Source: Candidatus Levyibacteriota bacterium
GTDB lineage: Bacteria; Patescibacteriota; Microgenomatia; Levybacterales; UBA12049
DNA length: 64,000 nucleotides
Assembly (NCBI GenBank): GCA_003152105.1
Contig: PLZJ01000003.1
Location: forward strand, 6,899-70,898
Reading direction: 5' to 3'
Below the pieces are notes generated by a model. It saw only the letters and a list, made by a program, of their open reading frames with translations, had not been told where the DNA came from and searched no databases. Below are positions 16,285-25,645 of this stretch, in pieces. The position numbers and the translations under genes are program-made. How positions within the stretch are numbered: the first letter of the stretch is position 1; every line of letters starts with the position of its first letter.

Positions 16285-18777
16285 TTACGGAGTAGAACAT
16301 CCAAGAGGTGCTCCGTATTTTACATACGTTTCAGTTTGACCTGCACTACTCGTGTAGTAAAAATTCACATCATCAGTATATGTTGCAGTAATTTTGTTAT
16401 TCCCATTAACAAGTGGTAATGAAAATGTAGATACACCACTAGTGACTACTCCTGTTGCTACTTGAGAATGAAGTACTCCTGCATCATCAAGTATAGAAAT
16501 AGTAACGTGTCCGTTTGCTTTAGCAGGTCCACCAAAATTTTTGACTGTTACTGTTGCAAGAGGACATGTATTAGTACCCCCTGATCCAGCAGATGCTTTA
16601 ATGCTTGTTTGCGATGAGTCTTTTAAGATGGTTAGTACCACAGGTGAAGATGTGCTTGATTGATATGTAGCACTTGTAGGCGTAAATACCGCAGTTACTG
16701 TTTCAGTACCTGAAATAGTTGGATCTACAACTGTTGTGTCGGGAAGGGAAGACGTACACAAATTTGCTGTTTGGGTACTTTGTGTTATGTTTCTTATACC
16801 AAGTGTTTGACTTTTATCTTTAAAGATAATTGTACCAAGTGGTACTGTACCATCTGAGTTGGAAACTGTTGCATCATAACAGGTTGGGTAGTGTAGATTT
16901 AATGTGGTTGAAGAACTAAGATACGAAAGCGTAGTTGATGTCGTTGTAGTACTAACAGGTGCTTCCGATGTAAATGTCACAGGATTAGAAAGTTGTGCAA
17001 GATAATTTTGATCCCCTAAATATAATATTGTTACTTTATGTATTCCTTGTGTAAATAGCTGAGGTGGTATGGTAAATGTTCCATCAGATTGTATTGGAAA
17101 AATAGCCTCACTTGCTCCATTATCTTTTAACTGAATATTTCCTGTTGGAATAGATCCTGTATAAATCAGTTTTCCTAAAAGCGTAACTGGACTTGTCGTT
17201 GTAACCTGGAGTTGCGTTAGCGAAAGCAAAACTTGAGGAGTACTTTTTGCAGCCCAATTGGTAAAGAGAGTAATCACATCATGTCCAGCACCTCCTGGAT
17301 AATTTGCAGGAGCTTGTCCACTTGGAAATTCTGACGCGCATTCAGTAGGATCCCACGTCCAAGCAGTTGCTAAGTTGTGTATATTATTTGTACTAGCATG
17401 GCTAACTATTTGACTTGAACTTACAGAATCTCCAACCCATGGAACAAGTCCTATATTTCTTGTATTTAAGTAAGAGAAAAATACAGAAGCAATTGCAGGT
17501 CCAGTATCACATTGTGTTCCTGAGTAATCCCATTCTGTAGCAACCACAGGCGCAATTTTACTTAAATCTCCAAATTCAGTATTCCATATACAATTGCTCG
17601 TATTTGTTCCTGTGCACTTTGCAAGTTCATTTTTATCAACAACTTTAGTTGCCACATTGTTAATGGTTTTTGTTTTATTTAAATGGTCTTGAAACGTATA
17701 TGGATGCACTGCATATGCAATACCATATCCTGGATTTTCAATTGGTTCTGAGAGACAATATTGACAAGCAATACCAGCTGAGGAGGTTCCATTGCCAATA
17801 ATCCCATCAAACGTAACTGCTTTTTTCGGTCCATCAACAATCACAAGATTCCTTGCGCCAACAGAACGAATACCATTTAAAAGTGTTTGTTCATCACTTT
17901 GCCAAGTTGACCATTCACTTGCAGTTGGAGAAATTAACGGATCATTTGGAACACCATGCGTAAATCCAATATGTGGCTCATTATATAGTTCAAATACCAC
18001 TTTCTGGTCAGTTGCAAAAAGTGGGGCAAGATATTGCCATGCAGAAAGGGTAGTTGCAGTTGGACTTCCTGTATAAATATCAGTAAATGTTGAGGTAGCA
18101 GTCGAATGAATGTCGCATTTATTATGATCATCCATCCACATTGCAAGTATTGGCACAATATGTGCTGATTCTAAAAGCGATACATCACGCTCTAATTGAT
18201 ACGTATAATATTGTTGTTCTGTAAGATTCGTAGGCAGAGGTGGCGTAAATCCAGGATCAATTACACTTACAGCTGTGGTGTCATTTAGCGCACTCTCGTC
18301 AATTTGGAGTCTTATCGTATTTATGTGCCATGTGTTACGCAAAATTTGAAGCTCGTTGTTGCCATCACTATTATATAAATGAGCCTCGGCTTGTAACGGT
18401 TCCCCGAATGGATTTGATGCGCTTCCATATTTACAATCTGGCGTATTTCTTGAAGCTATCATATTTAAACCATGCATTACAAATGGTTGTTCATTAAAAA
18501 ACACGATATTATTTCTTGCTTGAATATAGCCTGCTACTTGCCAATTCGCAGTAAATGTAGGAAGAAGGGGAGCTTGTGCATTTTGCTCAAACTCTTGCCA
18601 TGTTAATACCCCAAAAGGTGTTGCAATAAGAAAAAAGAGTATGGTAAAAAGAGAATATCGTATTGCTTTTGGTAACTTCAGGAATGATTTTCTTGCTTTT
18701 TTTAGCAGTTCTGCTTTAGAGATTGTACTCACTTCATGTGCCATATCTATAAAATAGTATGTGGGAAAAATAATCAC
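16285..18777 (-). CDS. Secreted GH5-family (cellulase-like) glycoside hydrolase with C-terminal Ig-like domains
   Basis: ELYNEPH (GH5 acid/base NEP motif) and WNTEFGD (GH5 nucleophile TEFG motif). N-terminal TM. C-terminal domains paralogous to 14329..16275. Confidence 0.6.
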   Translation of the reverse strand: MIIFPTYYFIDMAHEVSTISKAELLKKARKSFLKLPKAIRYSLFTILFFLIATPFGVLTWQEFEQNAQAPLLPTFTANWQVAGYIQARNNIVFFNEQPFVMHGLNMIASRNTPDCKYGSASNPFGEPLQAEAHLYNSDGNNELQILRNTWHINTIRLQIDESALNDTTAVSVIDPGFTPPLPTNLTEQQYYTYQLERDVSLLESAHIVPILAMWMDDHNKCDIHSTATSTFTDIYTGSPTATTLSAWQYLAPLFATDQKVVFELYNEPHIGFTHGVPNDPLISPTASEWSTWQSDEQTLLNGIRSVGARNLVIVDGPKKAVTFDGIIGNGTSSAGIACQYCLSEPIENPGYGIAYAVHPYTFQDHLNKTKTINNVATKVVDKNELAKCTGTNTSNCIWNTEFGDLSKIAPVVATEWDYSGTQCDTGPAIASVFFSYLNTRNIGLVPWVGDSVSSSQIVSHASTNNIHNLATAWTWDPTECASEFPSGQAPANYPGGAGHDVITLFTNWAAKSTPQVLLSLTQLQVTTTSPVTLLGKLIYTGSIPTGNIQLKDNGASEAIFPIQSDGTFTIPPQLFTQGIHKVTILYLGDQNYLAQLSNPVTFTSEAPVSTTTTSTTLSYLSSSTTLNLHYPTCYDATVSNSDGTVPLGTIIFKDKSQTLGIRNITQSTQTANLCTSSLPDTTVVDPTISGTETVTAVFTPTSATYQSSTSSPVVLTILKDSSQTSIKASAGSGGTNTCPLATVTVKNFGGPAKANGHVTISILDDAGVLHSQVATGVVTSGVSTFSLPLVNGNNKITATYTDDVNFYYTSSAGQTETYVKYGAPLGCSTP

Positions 18778-18840
18778 ATGTCAAATAGAGGAGCTATTGT
18801 AATATTTCTAATAAATGCATTTTTTTGCTATAGTTAAAGA

Positions 18841-19407
18841 ATGAGTAGAACTGAGGCATATCTTATTTTAACAAAATATTTGAAAAACCCAAACTTATTA
18901 AAACATTCTTTAGCGTGCGAAGCAGCAATGAAAATGATTTACAAAAAAATTACGCAACCTCCATATGACCCAGACGTAGAACAAATGTGGGGAATAACCG
19001 GACTTTTGCACGATGCAGATTATGAAATGACAGCTGGTAAACCAGAAATTCATGGCATATATTTATTTCAAAAAGAACCAATGATTCCCAAAGATATTGA
19101 ATATGCAATTAAAGCACATAATCCTAGAACCAGTATTACTCCTAAATCACAAATGGACTGGGCGATTCGAACCGTAGATCAATTAACTGGCCTCATAGTT
19201 GCAGCGACGCTTGTTCATCCTGATAAGAAATTAGCCAGCATTACCCCTGAGTTTGTATTAAATAGATTACATGAAAAAACATTTGCAAAAGGAGCAGATA
19301 GAACACAGATGAAACTGTGTGAGGAAAAACTGGGAATTCCACTCAATGAATTTGTGGCAATTACTCTTTTGGCAATGCAAGGCATAAGTAATGACCTTCA
19401 TCTTTGA
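18841..19407 (+). CDS. HD-domain phosphohydrolase
   Basis: LLHDADYE HD motif and an upstream His. Confidence 0.6.
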   Translation: MSRTEAYLILTKYLKNPNLLKHSLACEAAMKMIYKKITQPPYDPDVEQMWGITGLLHDADYEMTAGKPEIHGIYLFQKEPMIPKDIEYAIKAHNPRTSITPKSQMDWAIRTVDQLTGLIVAATLVHPDKKLASITPEFVLNRLHEKTFAKGADRTQMKLCEEKLGIPLNEFVAITLLAMQGISNDLHL

Positions 19408-19413
19408 TATTAT

Positions 19414-21417
19414 CTACGGTGCTACTTCTTGCCAAATATAATTTGTTCTACTGAGCGTAAATGGTGATTGATTAAGAATATTATTTATGTAAAAATCCGC
19501 TCTTTCATCAACAGTAAATACTGGAGAATTTTGATTACCATCTAAAAGTGTTCTTTCGTTAAAAAAGTCATATTTTGCAGGGTCTAATTGTTGGTCCGTA
19601 TATTTATAATTTCCATTTGCATTTGTAAGAACTGAACCGCCAATATTTAACTGATTATCAGGAACAAACAATCCTGACAATGAATTACCGCATTCTGATT
19701 GATATGGTGTATCAAATAACGATGCGATATAAAATTGGTCCGTCGAATACGTTCCTTCAATATCACAACTTTCATGTCCGTTTCCACAAGTTACAAGTAA
19801 AGCCCCTGGATCTTGATAACTGCCTTTTGGTTCGCCAACATTTCCGCATACTACTGTTTTCTGATTTACTACAAATGTTAATGTTGCGGAAGGATCAACT
19901 AAAATTTTATTTTTAATAAAGAAATTACCGTTTACAAGTATTGTATAGTGTCCATTATTTGAAAGACGGATACTGCCTCTTTGTGCAACGTTTCCATTAA
20001 TTTGAAATAATCCAGTAGTATAATTGTTGAAAATAGAATTTAAACAATCAGTTCCTCCAACTCCAATGTCACAATTTGAATACGTAGCTGTTGGACTAAG
20101 CTGTCCATTGGAGATTAATTTACTATAATTAGTATAAGAAGTTGTCAGATAAGATCTATTTGTATTAAAAAAGTTCTCTGCAAACGAATCTCCTCCTGCT
20201 AACCAATTATCAGTTCCGCCTTGATTTCCAATTTGAGCAGGAGCAATTGGGGCAAAACCACCGCTAAATAATATGCCGTTGCTTGTACTATTTGATGACC
20301 CTGAGTTATTTGGGTAATTACCAATATACATTATCGGTTGACCAGAAGAAGGATTATCATTTACCCCTGCATCAACTCTTGCGTCAGAACCACCAATTGA
20401 ATACCAAGGAGTATAACAAGTAGATATTATTTTATCCAATTCATTTTGCAAATTATTTCGATTTGCTGCGTTATATTCATAACTATTATTTAATGCTTGT
20501 ATTTTTTGGAAAAATACTAAATTTTGACCACCTAACCCACCACTTGGATCTCCATACCCAAATAAATCATAGAGAATTTGTGGCGTTCCATTTTTATTTC
20601 CATTTGGAGTTGCATTATTATTTATTTCAGTATAGGTTTGATCATCAGCTCGTGGCCAAAACGTTGAAAAATCAGTTGAAGCCGTCCATTTATCTGGTTC
20701 AAAAGGATTTGTTAAAAATGGAGGAAAATATGGAGCTGGAGCCCAAAATGTATAAGGCGGATTTCCATATTGCGGATTTATGCTATTAAAACCTACATTT
20801 GCATCTCCATCTGAAAGCATGATAACTACATGCGTATATCCATCAGTTAAATTGTTTAACATTTTATCAGCTAAAATAGCACCTCCTACGGCAAATGTTC
20901 CAAATCGTAACTTACTTAAATTGTTATCAATATTTACTAAGTCTTTATTTACTGCAACAGCATTATTTATTGGCTCAACTACGCTCGTGCCTACATCCGG
21001 ATTTTGCTGCCCAGATCCTAAGTTTTCTGTATATTCGTCACCTGGAATCTCATCAACTATGTCGCTGCCTCTTTTTGTATTTAAACCACTCATTCTGACA
21101 ATACCAATATTAACGGCTACTTTATTTGTAGAGGAAGACTTTGAAGCTTTTGTAACAAATGACTTAATAGCAGTAATAACATTATCAATTCTTTTCTGTC
21201 CATTACCACCATCGCATGCATTCATGCTATCATCGCATGCATTCATGCTATTTGAGGTGTCAACTAAAAAGACAACATCTGCAGTACAGGACGATCCGCC
21301 ACCTCCTCCGCCTCCAATGATGAGAGCGTCTTCTTTTTGAGGTTGTAAAATAAAAAGACCTATTACTAATACACAAAGTATTGCACTAATTCTTGCGATT
21401 AGTTTTATGGCAGACAT
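19414..21417 (-). CDS. Membrane-anchored von Willebrand factor A (VWA) domain protein; candidate adhesin
   Basis: N-terminal TM, Gly run, then VVFLVDTSNSM MIDAS (DxSxS) motif. Large Asn/Gly-rich C-terminal region. Confidence 0.6.
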   Translation of the reverse strand: MSAIKLIARISAILCVLVIGLFILQPQKEDALIIGGGGGGGSSCTADVVFLVDTSNSMNACDDSMNACDGGNGQKRIDNVITAIKSFVTKASKSSSTNKVAVNIGIVRMSGLNTKRGSDIVDEIPGDEYTENLGSGQQNPDVGTSVVEPINNAVAVNKDLVNIDNNLSKLRFGTFAVGGAILADKMLNNLTDGYTHVVIMLSDGDANVGFNSINPQYGNPPYTFWAPAPYFPPFLTNPFEPDKWTASTDFSTFWPRADDQTYTEINNNATPNGNKNGTPQILYDLFGYGDPSGGLGGQNLVFFQKIQALNNSYEYNAANRNNLQNELDKIISTCYTPWYSIGGSDARVDAGVNDNPSSGQPIMYIGNYPNNSGSSNSTSNGILFSGGFAPIAPAQIGNQGGTDNWLAGGDSFAENFFNTNRSYLTTSYTNYSKLISNGQLSPTATYSNCDIGVGGTDCLNSIFNNYTTGLFQINGNVAQRGSIRLSNNGHYTILVNGNFFIKNKILVDPSATLTFVVNQKTVVCGNVGEPKGSYQDPGALLVTCGNGHESCDIEGTYSTDQFYIASLFDTPYQSECGNSLSGLFVPDNQLNIGGSVLTNANGNYKYTDQQLDPAKYDFFNERTLLDGNQNSPVFTVDERADFYINNILNQSPFTLSRTNYIWQEVAP
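21211..21252. repeat. 21-bp in-frame tandem duplication (x2) inside the VWA gene next to the MIDAS motif
   Basis: atcgcatgcattcatgctatc / atcgcatgcattcatgctatt, encoding a DSMNACD duplication. Confidence 0.8.
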
Positions 21418-21608
21418 AGTAAAATCATATGATGATTACTTGTAGTTTGTCAAGAAGGTTGGAAAGGACGTTAGGTACAGGGAAAGGCGCAATGCCAAGA
21501 AAACAAAAAAATTGAGATTATGAACAAGCTAGTTGCTTGACAAACCGCATTTTTTTGCAATCTTTTGTACCTAACGCACTACTTAACCCGATCAGGTCGA
21601 CTTACCGG

Positions 21609-22322
21609 TTACCGGTTCCATTTCGGGCAGTAGTATAGATCCCACGTCGTAGAAACCTTATGGCCTGGCTTGTACCACGAAGGGTTCGTGACACTATTGA
21701 TGTTGTAAAGACCGCCGGCCTTTGGAGTTTTGAGCGTCGTCTTTGATCCCTTGTATTGGAAGTGACTACCGATCGTGTTTGGCAAATCAGCGTAAATCCA
21801 GTACTTTGGAAGACCACCGACGAGTTTGGCTACTGCTTTCATGTTCGAAATTGACGGACAATTCGATGGTTGAGCAGGATGTTGATATGCGCACGTGAAT
21901 TGGGCTTGTGACTCCATTCGCTTGACACCAGGTGGGTCGATTCTGTAAAGAAGCAGATCATGGTCCAGCTTTGGTTTGAGATATGCTCCAAACAGTGTTC
22001 CGACCGAAGCGGCAGGTGCAGTGAGGGCAACCTTTGTCGTAGCGTTTGGGTTATTGATGTCAGAATAGAAATCCCACATCAGTATGTTAGTTGAAGGATC
22101 TCCATTGTTTTCCCAATCATACTCAGTTCCACCAACCGTAGATGCTGGAGTTGAGGTAGTATTGTTACTCTGACAATACGTTGGCGACTGCGACTTAGAT
22201 GAAAGAACAACTTGTGCTTGCTGCGAAACGTGCCGGGCGCTAGCGATAGTGCTTGGAAACGTAATGGCAACAAGTGTCAAAGCGATGAAAGCGCAAAACG
22301 ATGCGATAAATCTGTTGTACAC
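21609..22322 (-). CDS. Secreted hypothetical protein, GC-rich relative to the neighbourhood
   Basis: Signal peptide MYNRFIASFCAFIALTLVAITFPSTIASA. Composition is visibly more GC-rich. No recognisable motif. Confidence 0.45.
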   Translation of the reverse strand: MYNRFIASFCAFIALTLVAITFPSTIASARHVSQQAQVVLSSKSQSPTYCQSNNTTSTPASTVGGTEYDWENNGDPSTNILMWDFYSDINNPNATTKVALTAPAASVGTLFGAYLKPKLDHDLLLYRIDPPGVKRMESQAQFTCAYQHPAQPSNCPSISNMKAVAKLVGGLPKYWIYADLPNTIGSHFQYKGSKTTLKTPKAGGLYNINSVTNPSWYKPGHKVSTTWDLYYCPKWNR

Positions 22323-22740
22323 GTATTACTCCTTTTTGTTTTTTGAGACGTTGCTTAAGTAGTGGCTATAAGATGTGTGTATCGTTGGTCTCCTTGGGTT
22401 TTTTTGGTGCTGGACGGAAAAACAAGAAACAATTACTATATGCGTTCATTTCTTAACTTTTCGCCCAGTACCAATTGTTAGAATACAAATTTCCCTGTAC
22501 TTTTTAATGTGCAAAAAGCTTTTGGAACGCAGGTCAAACAGCTCTTGTTTGCATGTATTGAAAAAGCAATACTATTATACCATAAAATGCAAGCTAAGCA
22601 ATACTTATAGGCTTATTGCTCAGTAAGAGATAGTAACGAAGTAATCTCTTTATGTAATAAATATCTTATGCCAATAAGTTAATTACTATTTTTGTTTGCT
22701 ATCTTTTGTCAACATGATTTTTTTGCTATAGTTTACCTAT

Positions 22741-24483
22741 ATGAAATCAAATGATTTGGAACTTGCTAATTTGCGTCATTCTGCCGCTCATTTACTTGCA
22801 GCATCTGTTTTATCTCTTTATCCACATGCAAAAAATGCAATAGGTCCTTCAATTGAACATGGGTTTTATCAAGACTTTGATTTTGGTGAAGTAAAACTGT
22901 CAGAAGATGATTTTCCTAAAATTGAGAAAAAAATGCACGAACTGGTGAAAACCTGGACTGGATTTGCAAAAAGTGAAATGACAAAAGAAGAAGCACTTGC
23001 AAAATATCCCTTGAATGAATACAAACGGGAACTCATTGAAGAAATTGCAAAAAATGGAAAATCAATTTCATTTTATAAAAGTGGCGACTTTTTAGATCTA
23101 TGTAAAGGCGGACACATAGAAAATCCATCTTCGTCTCTTTTGTATTTTACCTTACTTTCCATTGCAGGTGCATATTGGCGCGGTAATGAGAAAAATAAAA
23201 TGCTAACACGCATTTATGGAACTGCATTTTTTACGCAAAAAGAACTTGATGATTATCTTACTATGCTTTCGCAAGCAAAAAAAAGAGACCATCGGAAAAT
23301 TGGCAAAGAATTAGATCTTTTTGTTTTTTCAGATCTTGTTGGGGCAGGACTACCTTTGTTTACGCCAAAAGGTACAGTTCTTCGAGAAGAACTCATCGCT
23401 TTTTCTGAAAAATTACAAAAAAAACATGGCTATCAAAAAGTGTGGATTCCGCATATTACAAAAGTCGATTTATATAAAAAATCAGGCCATTTTGATAAAT
23501 TTGGCGATGAACTCTTTCAAGTAAAAAGTCAAGAGACAACTGATAAATTTGTCTTAAAACCAATGAATTGCCCACACCATATTCAAATATATGCATCTCG
23601 TCCAAGAAGCTATAAAGAACTTCCCATAAGATACATGGAAACAACCGTACAGTATAGAGACGAAAAGGCAGGGGAAATGCTAGGACTTTCTCGAGTTCGT
23701 GCAATTTCAATAGATGATTCACATGTATTTTGTAGCTTAGATCACGTTGAGGAAGAGTTTGCAAAAGTATTATCAATGGTAAAAGAACTCTACACAGCGC
23801 TTGGACTATCTTATACTGCAAGGCTTTCTTTTCGAGATGAAAGCGATAAGTATCTTGGAGAGAAAAAAGATTGGGATCATGCACAAAACGCCATTGAAAA
23901 AATTGCAAAAGAAGAAAAACTTCCTTATACAATCGCGCTTGGAGAAGCAGCATTTTATGGTCCAAAAATTGACATAATGGTTGTTGATGCGCTTGGAAGA
24001 GAATGGCAATGTGCAACTGCACAACTTGATTTTATTCAACCAAAACGATTTGAACTTACCTATGTTGATAATGATGGGAAAGAAAAAACACCTGTGATGG
24101 TACATAAAGCACTCCTTGGTTCAATTGAGCGATTTTTGTCAGTATACATTGAACATACTGAAGGAAAATTTCCATTATGGCTTTCTCCGGTGCAAATCAT
24201 ACTCCTTCCCATAGCAGAAAGACATGAAATTTATGCAGAAACAATCGCACAAATGTGCAAAGAAAAAGGCATTAGAGTATCAGTTGATAACCGAAATGAA
24301 TCGCTTCGCGCAAAAATTCGAGATGCAACGTTGCAGAAAATTCCTCTTTTAGGTATAATAGGTGACGAGGAAACGGCAGAAAATAAAATTGCTGTCCGGG
24401 AAAGGAACGGAAATGACTTGGGTAAACTAAGCGTTTCAGACTTTCTCCAAAAAATTTTAGACGACATTGATAAAAAGGTATAA
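22741..24483 (+). CDS. thrS: Threonyl-tRNA synthetase (short form lacking the N-terminal TGS/editing extension)
   Basis: Class II aaRS motifs. KPMNCPHHIQIY zinc-site motif of ThrRS. C-terminal anticodon-binding domain. Confidence 0.9.
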   Translation: MKSNDLELANLRHSAAHLLAASVLSLYPHAKNAIGPSIEHGFYQDFDFGEVKLSEDDFPKIEKKMHELVKTWTGFAKSEMTKEEALAKYPLNEYKRELIEEIAKNGKSISFYKSGDFLDLCKGGHIENPSSSLLYFTLLSIAGAYWRGNEKNKMLTRIYGTAFFTQKELDDYLTMLSQAKKRDHRKIGKELDLFVFSDLVGAGLPLFTPKGTVLREELIAFSEKLQKKHGYQKVWIPHITKVDLYKKSGHFDKFGDELFQVKSQETTDKFVLKPMNCPHHIQIYASRPRSYKELPIRYMETTVQYRDEKAGEMLGLSRVRAISIDDSHVFCSLDHVEEEFAKVLSMVKELYTALGLSYTARLSFRDESDKYLGEKKDWDHAQNAIEKIAKEEKLPYTIALGEAAFYGPKIDIMVVDALGREWQCATAQLDFIQPKRFELTYVDNDGKEKTPVMVHKALLGSIERFLSVYIEHTEGKFPLWLSPVQIILLPIAERHEIYAETIAQMCKEKGIRVSVDNRNESLRAKIRDATLQKIPLLGIIGDEETAENKIAVRERNGNDLGKLSVSDFLQKILDDIDKKV

Positions 24484-25057
24484 GAAAAAACAAGACAATA
24501 GGAAATTTTATCGTATCAACGATAGAATTTATGCCAATTCGCTTAGAGTACTAGATGCCGAAGGTAAGCAAATTGGTATTTTTAGTAGAAATGATGCACT
24601 GCGCCAATCACGTGATGCTAATCTTGATCTTGTTGAAATTGCTCCGCAGGCAAGTCCTCCGGTTGCAAAGATAATTGATTACAACAAATTCTTATATCAA
24701 GAAGAGAAAAAGAAACGGGAAGAGAAAAAAAACGCAAAGGCAAGCGAAACAAAAGAAATTAGACTTGGACCATTTATGAATGATCATGATTTAGAAGTCA
24801 TGATAAGACGAGGACGAGAATTTCTAGAAGATAGTGATAAGGTAAGATTTGTTTTGAAATTTATAGGAAGACAAATTGTGCACCCAGAATTTGGACAAGA
24901 AGTAATGAATAAAGTAATTCATTCACTCTCTGATATATCCAAAATAGAAAGGGAACCACATTTTGAAGGAAAACAATTAGTAGCACTAGTTGTTCCAGAA
25001 AGGAAAAAAACACATGCCAAAACAGAAGACACACAAAGGGATAGCGAAACGATTTAA
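24467..25057 (+). CDS. infC: Translation initiation factor IF-3
   Basis: RINDRI...LRVLDAEGKQIGI...LDLVEIAPQASPPVAKIIDYNKF aligns with IF-3. The start is uncertain, since IF-3 often uses ATT/ATA. It overlaps the thrS 3' end. Confidence 0.8.
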   Translation: MIKRYKKKQDNRKFYRINDRIYANSLRVLDAEGKQIGIFSRNDALRQSRDANLDLVEIAPQASPPVAKIIDYNKFLYQEEKKKREEKKNAKASETKEIRLGPFMNDHDLEVMIRRGREFLEDSDKVRFVLKFIGRQIVHPEFGQEVMNKVIHSLSDISKIEREPHFEGKQLVALVVPERKKTHAKTEDTQRDSETI

Positions 25058-25208
25058 GTTGACCAAAACAGGAAAACTCATGTTTTCTCATCAAAATCAA
25101 CAACATCATAAACTTGTCCGAAATAAAAGACGAACAAGAAGAGGTAAAGAACCAGGAGTATTAACTGGTGTTTTTGCTAAAAAACTAAAACGCGCACTTA
25201 GCGCATAA
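25014..25208 (+). CDS. rpmI: 50S ribosomal protein L35
   Basis: MPKQKTHKGIAKRFKLTKTGKL. The start was set at the internal ATG 25014 with an upstream AGGA. It overlaps the infC 3' end in another frame. Confidence 0.85.
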   Translation: MPKQKTHKGIAKRFKLTKTGKLMFSHQNQQHHKLVRNKRRTRRGKEPGVLTGVFAKKLKRALSA

Positions 25209-25212
25209 TTAT

Positions 25213-25563
25213 ATGGCAAGAGTTAAAAGAGGCGTTGTATCAAAACGCAGACATAATAAATTACAAGATTTAACAAAAGGTCATCGCGGAAGTAGAAACC
25301 GATTAATTCGTGTTGCAAAAGAATCGTCACTTCATGCAGATGCATATGCTTTTCATGGAAGAAAACTTCGAAAACGAGATTTTCGTTCGTTATGGATTGT
25401 GCGTATTTCAGAAGCAGCAAAAATTGAAGGCATTTCTTATAGCGTTTTGATGAATAAGTTAAAAAAAGGAAATGTTACCTTAGATAGAAAAATACTCGCA
25501 GATCTTATTGTTTCTGATCGAGAAACCTTTACAAAAGTAGTAAACGCAGTTAAAAGCCTCTAA
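25213..25563 (+). CDS. rplT: 50S ribosomal protein L20
   Basis: MARVKRGVVSKRRHNK...GRKLRKRDFRSLWIVRI. Confidence 0.9.
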   Translation: MARVKRGVVSKRRHNKLQDLTKGHRGSRNRLIRVAKESSLHADAYAFHGRKLRKRDFRSLWIVRISEAAKIEGISYSVLMNKLKKGNVTLDRKILADLIVSDRETFTKVVNAVKSL

Positions 25564-25645
25564 GTAGATACATTGCTATACCCCAAAACTTACAGAGTGA
25601 AATTACACGTAAAATCTGTTATTCTAAAAAGTACCAAACGTATCT

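Noticed and set aside
22323-22740. 418-nt intergenic region upstream of thrS as a T-box or other riboswitch
   Set aside because: I could not find the T-box consensus (AGGGUGGNACCGCG-like) or another recognisable riboswitch core. The region is AT-rich with scattered promoter-like hexamers only.
23321-24493. Several 60-190-aa ORFs on both strands within thrS (similar ones lie within gyrA at 53182-54655 and pheT at 27134-27377)
   Set aside because: They are embedded in or antisense to strongly supported conserved genes and have no motifs or RBS. Shadow ORFs are typical of AT-rich DNA.
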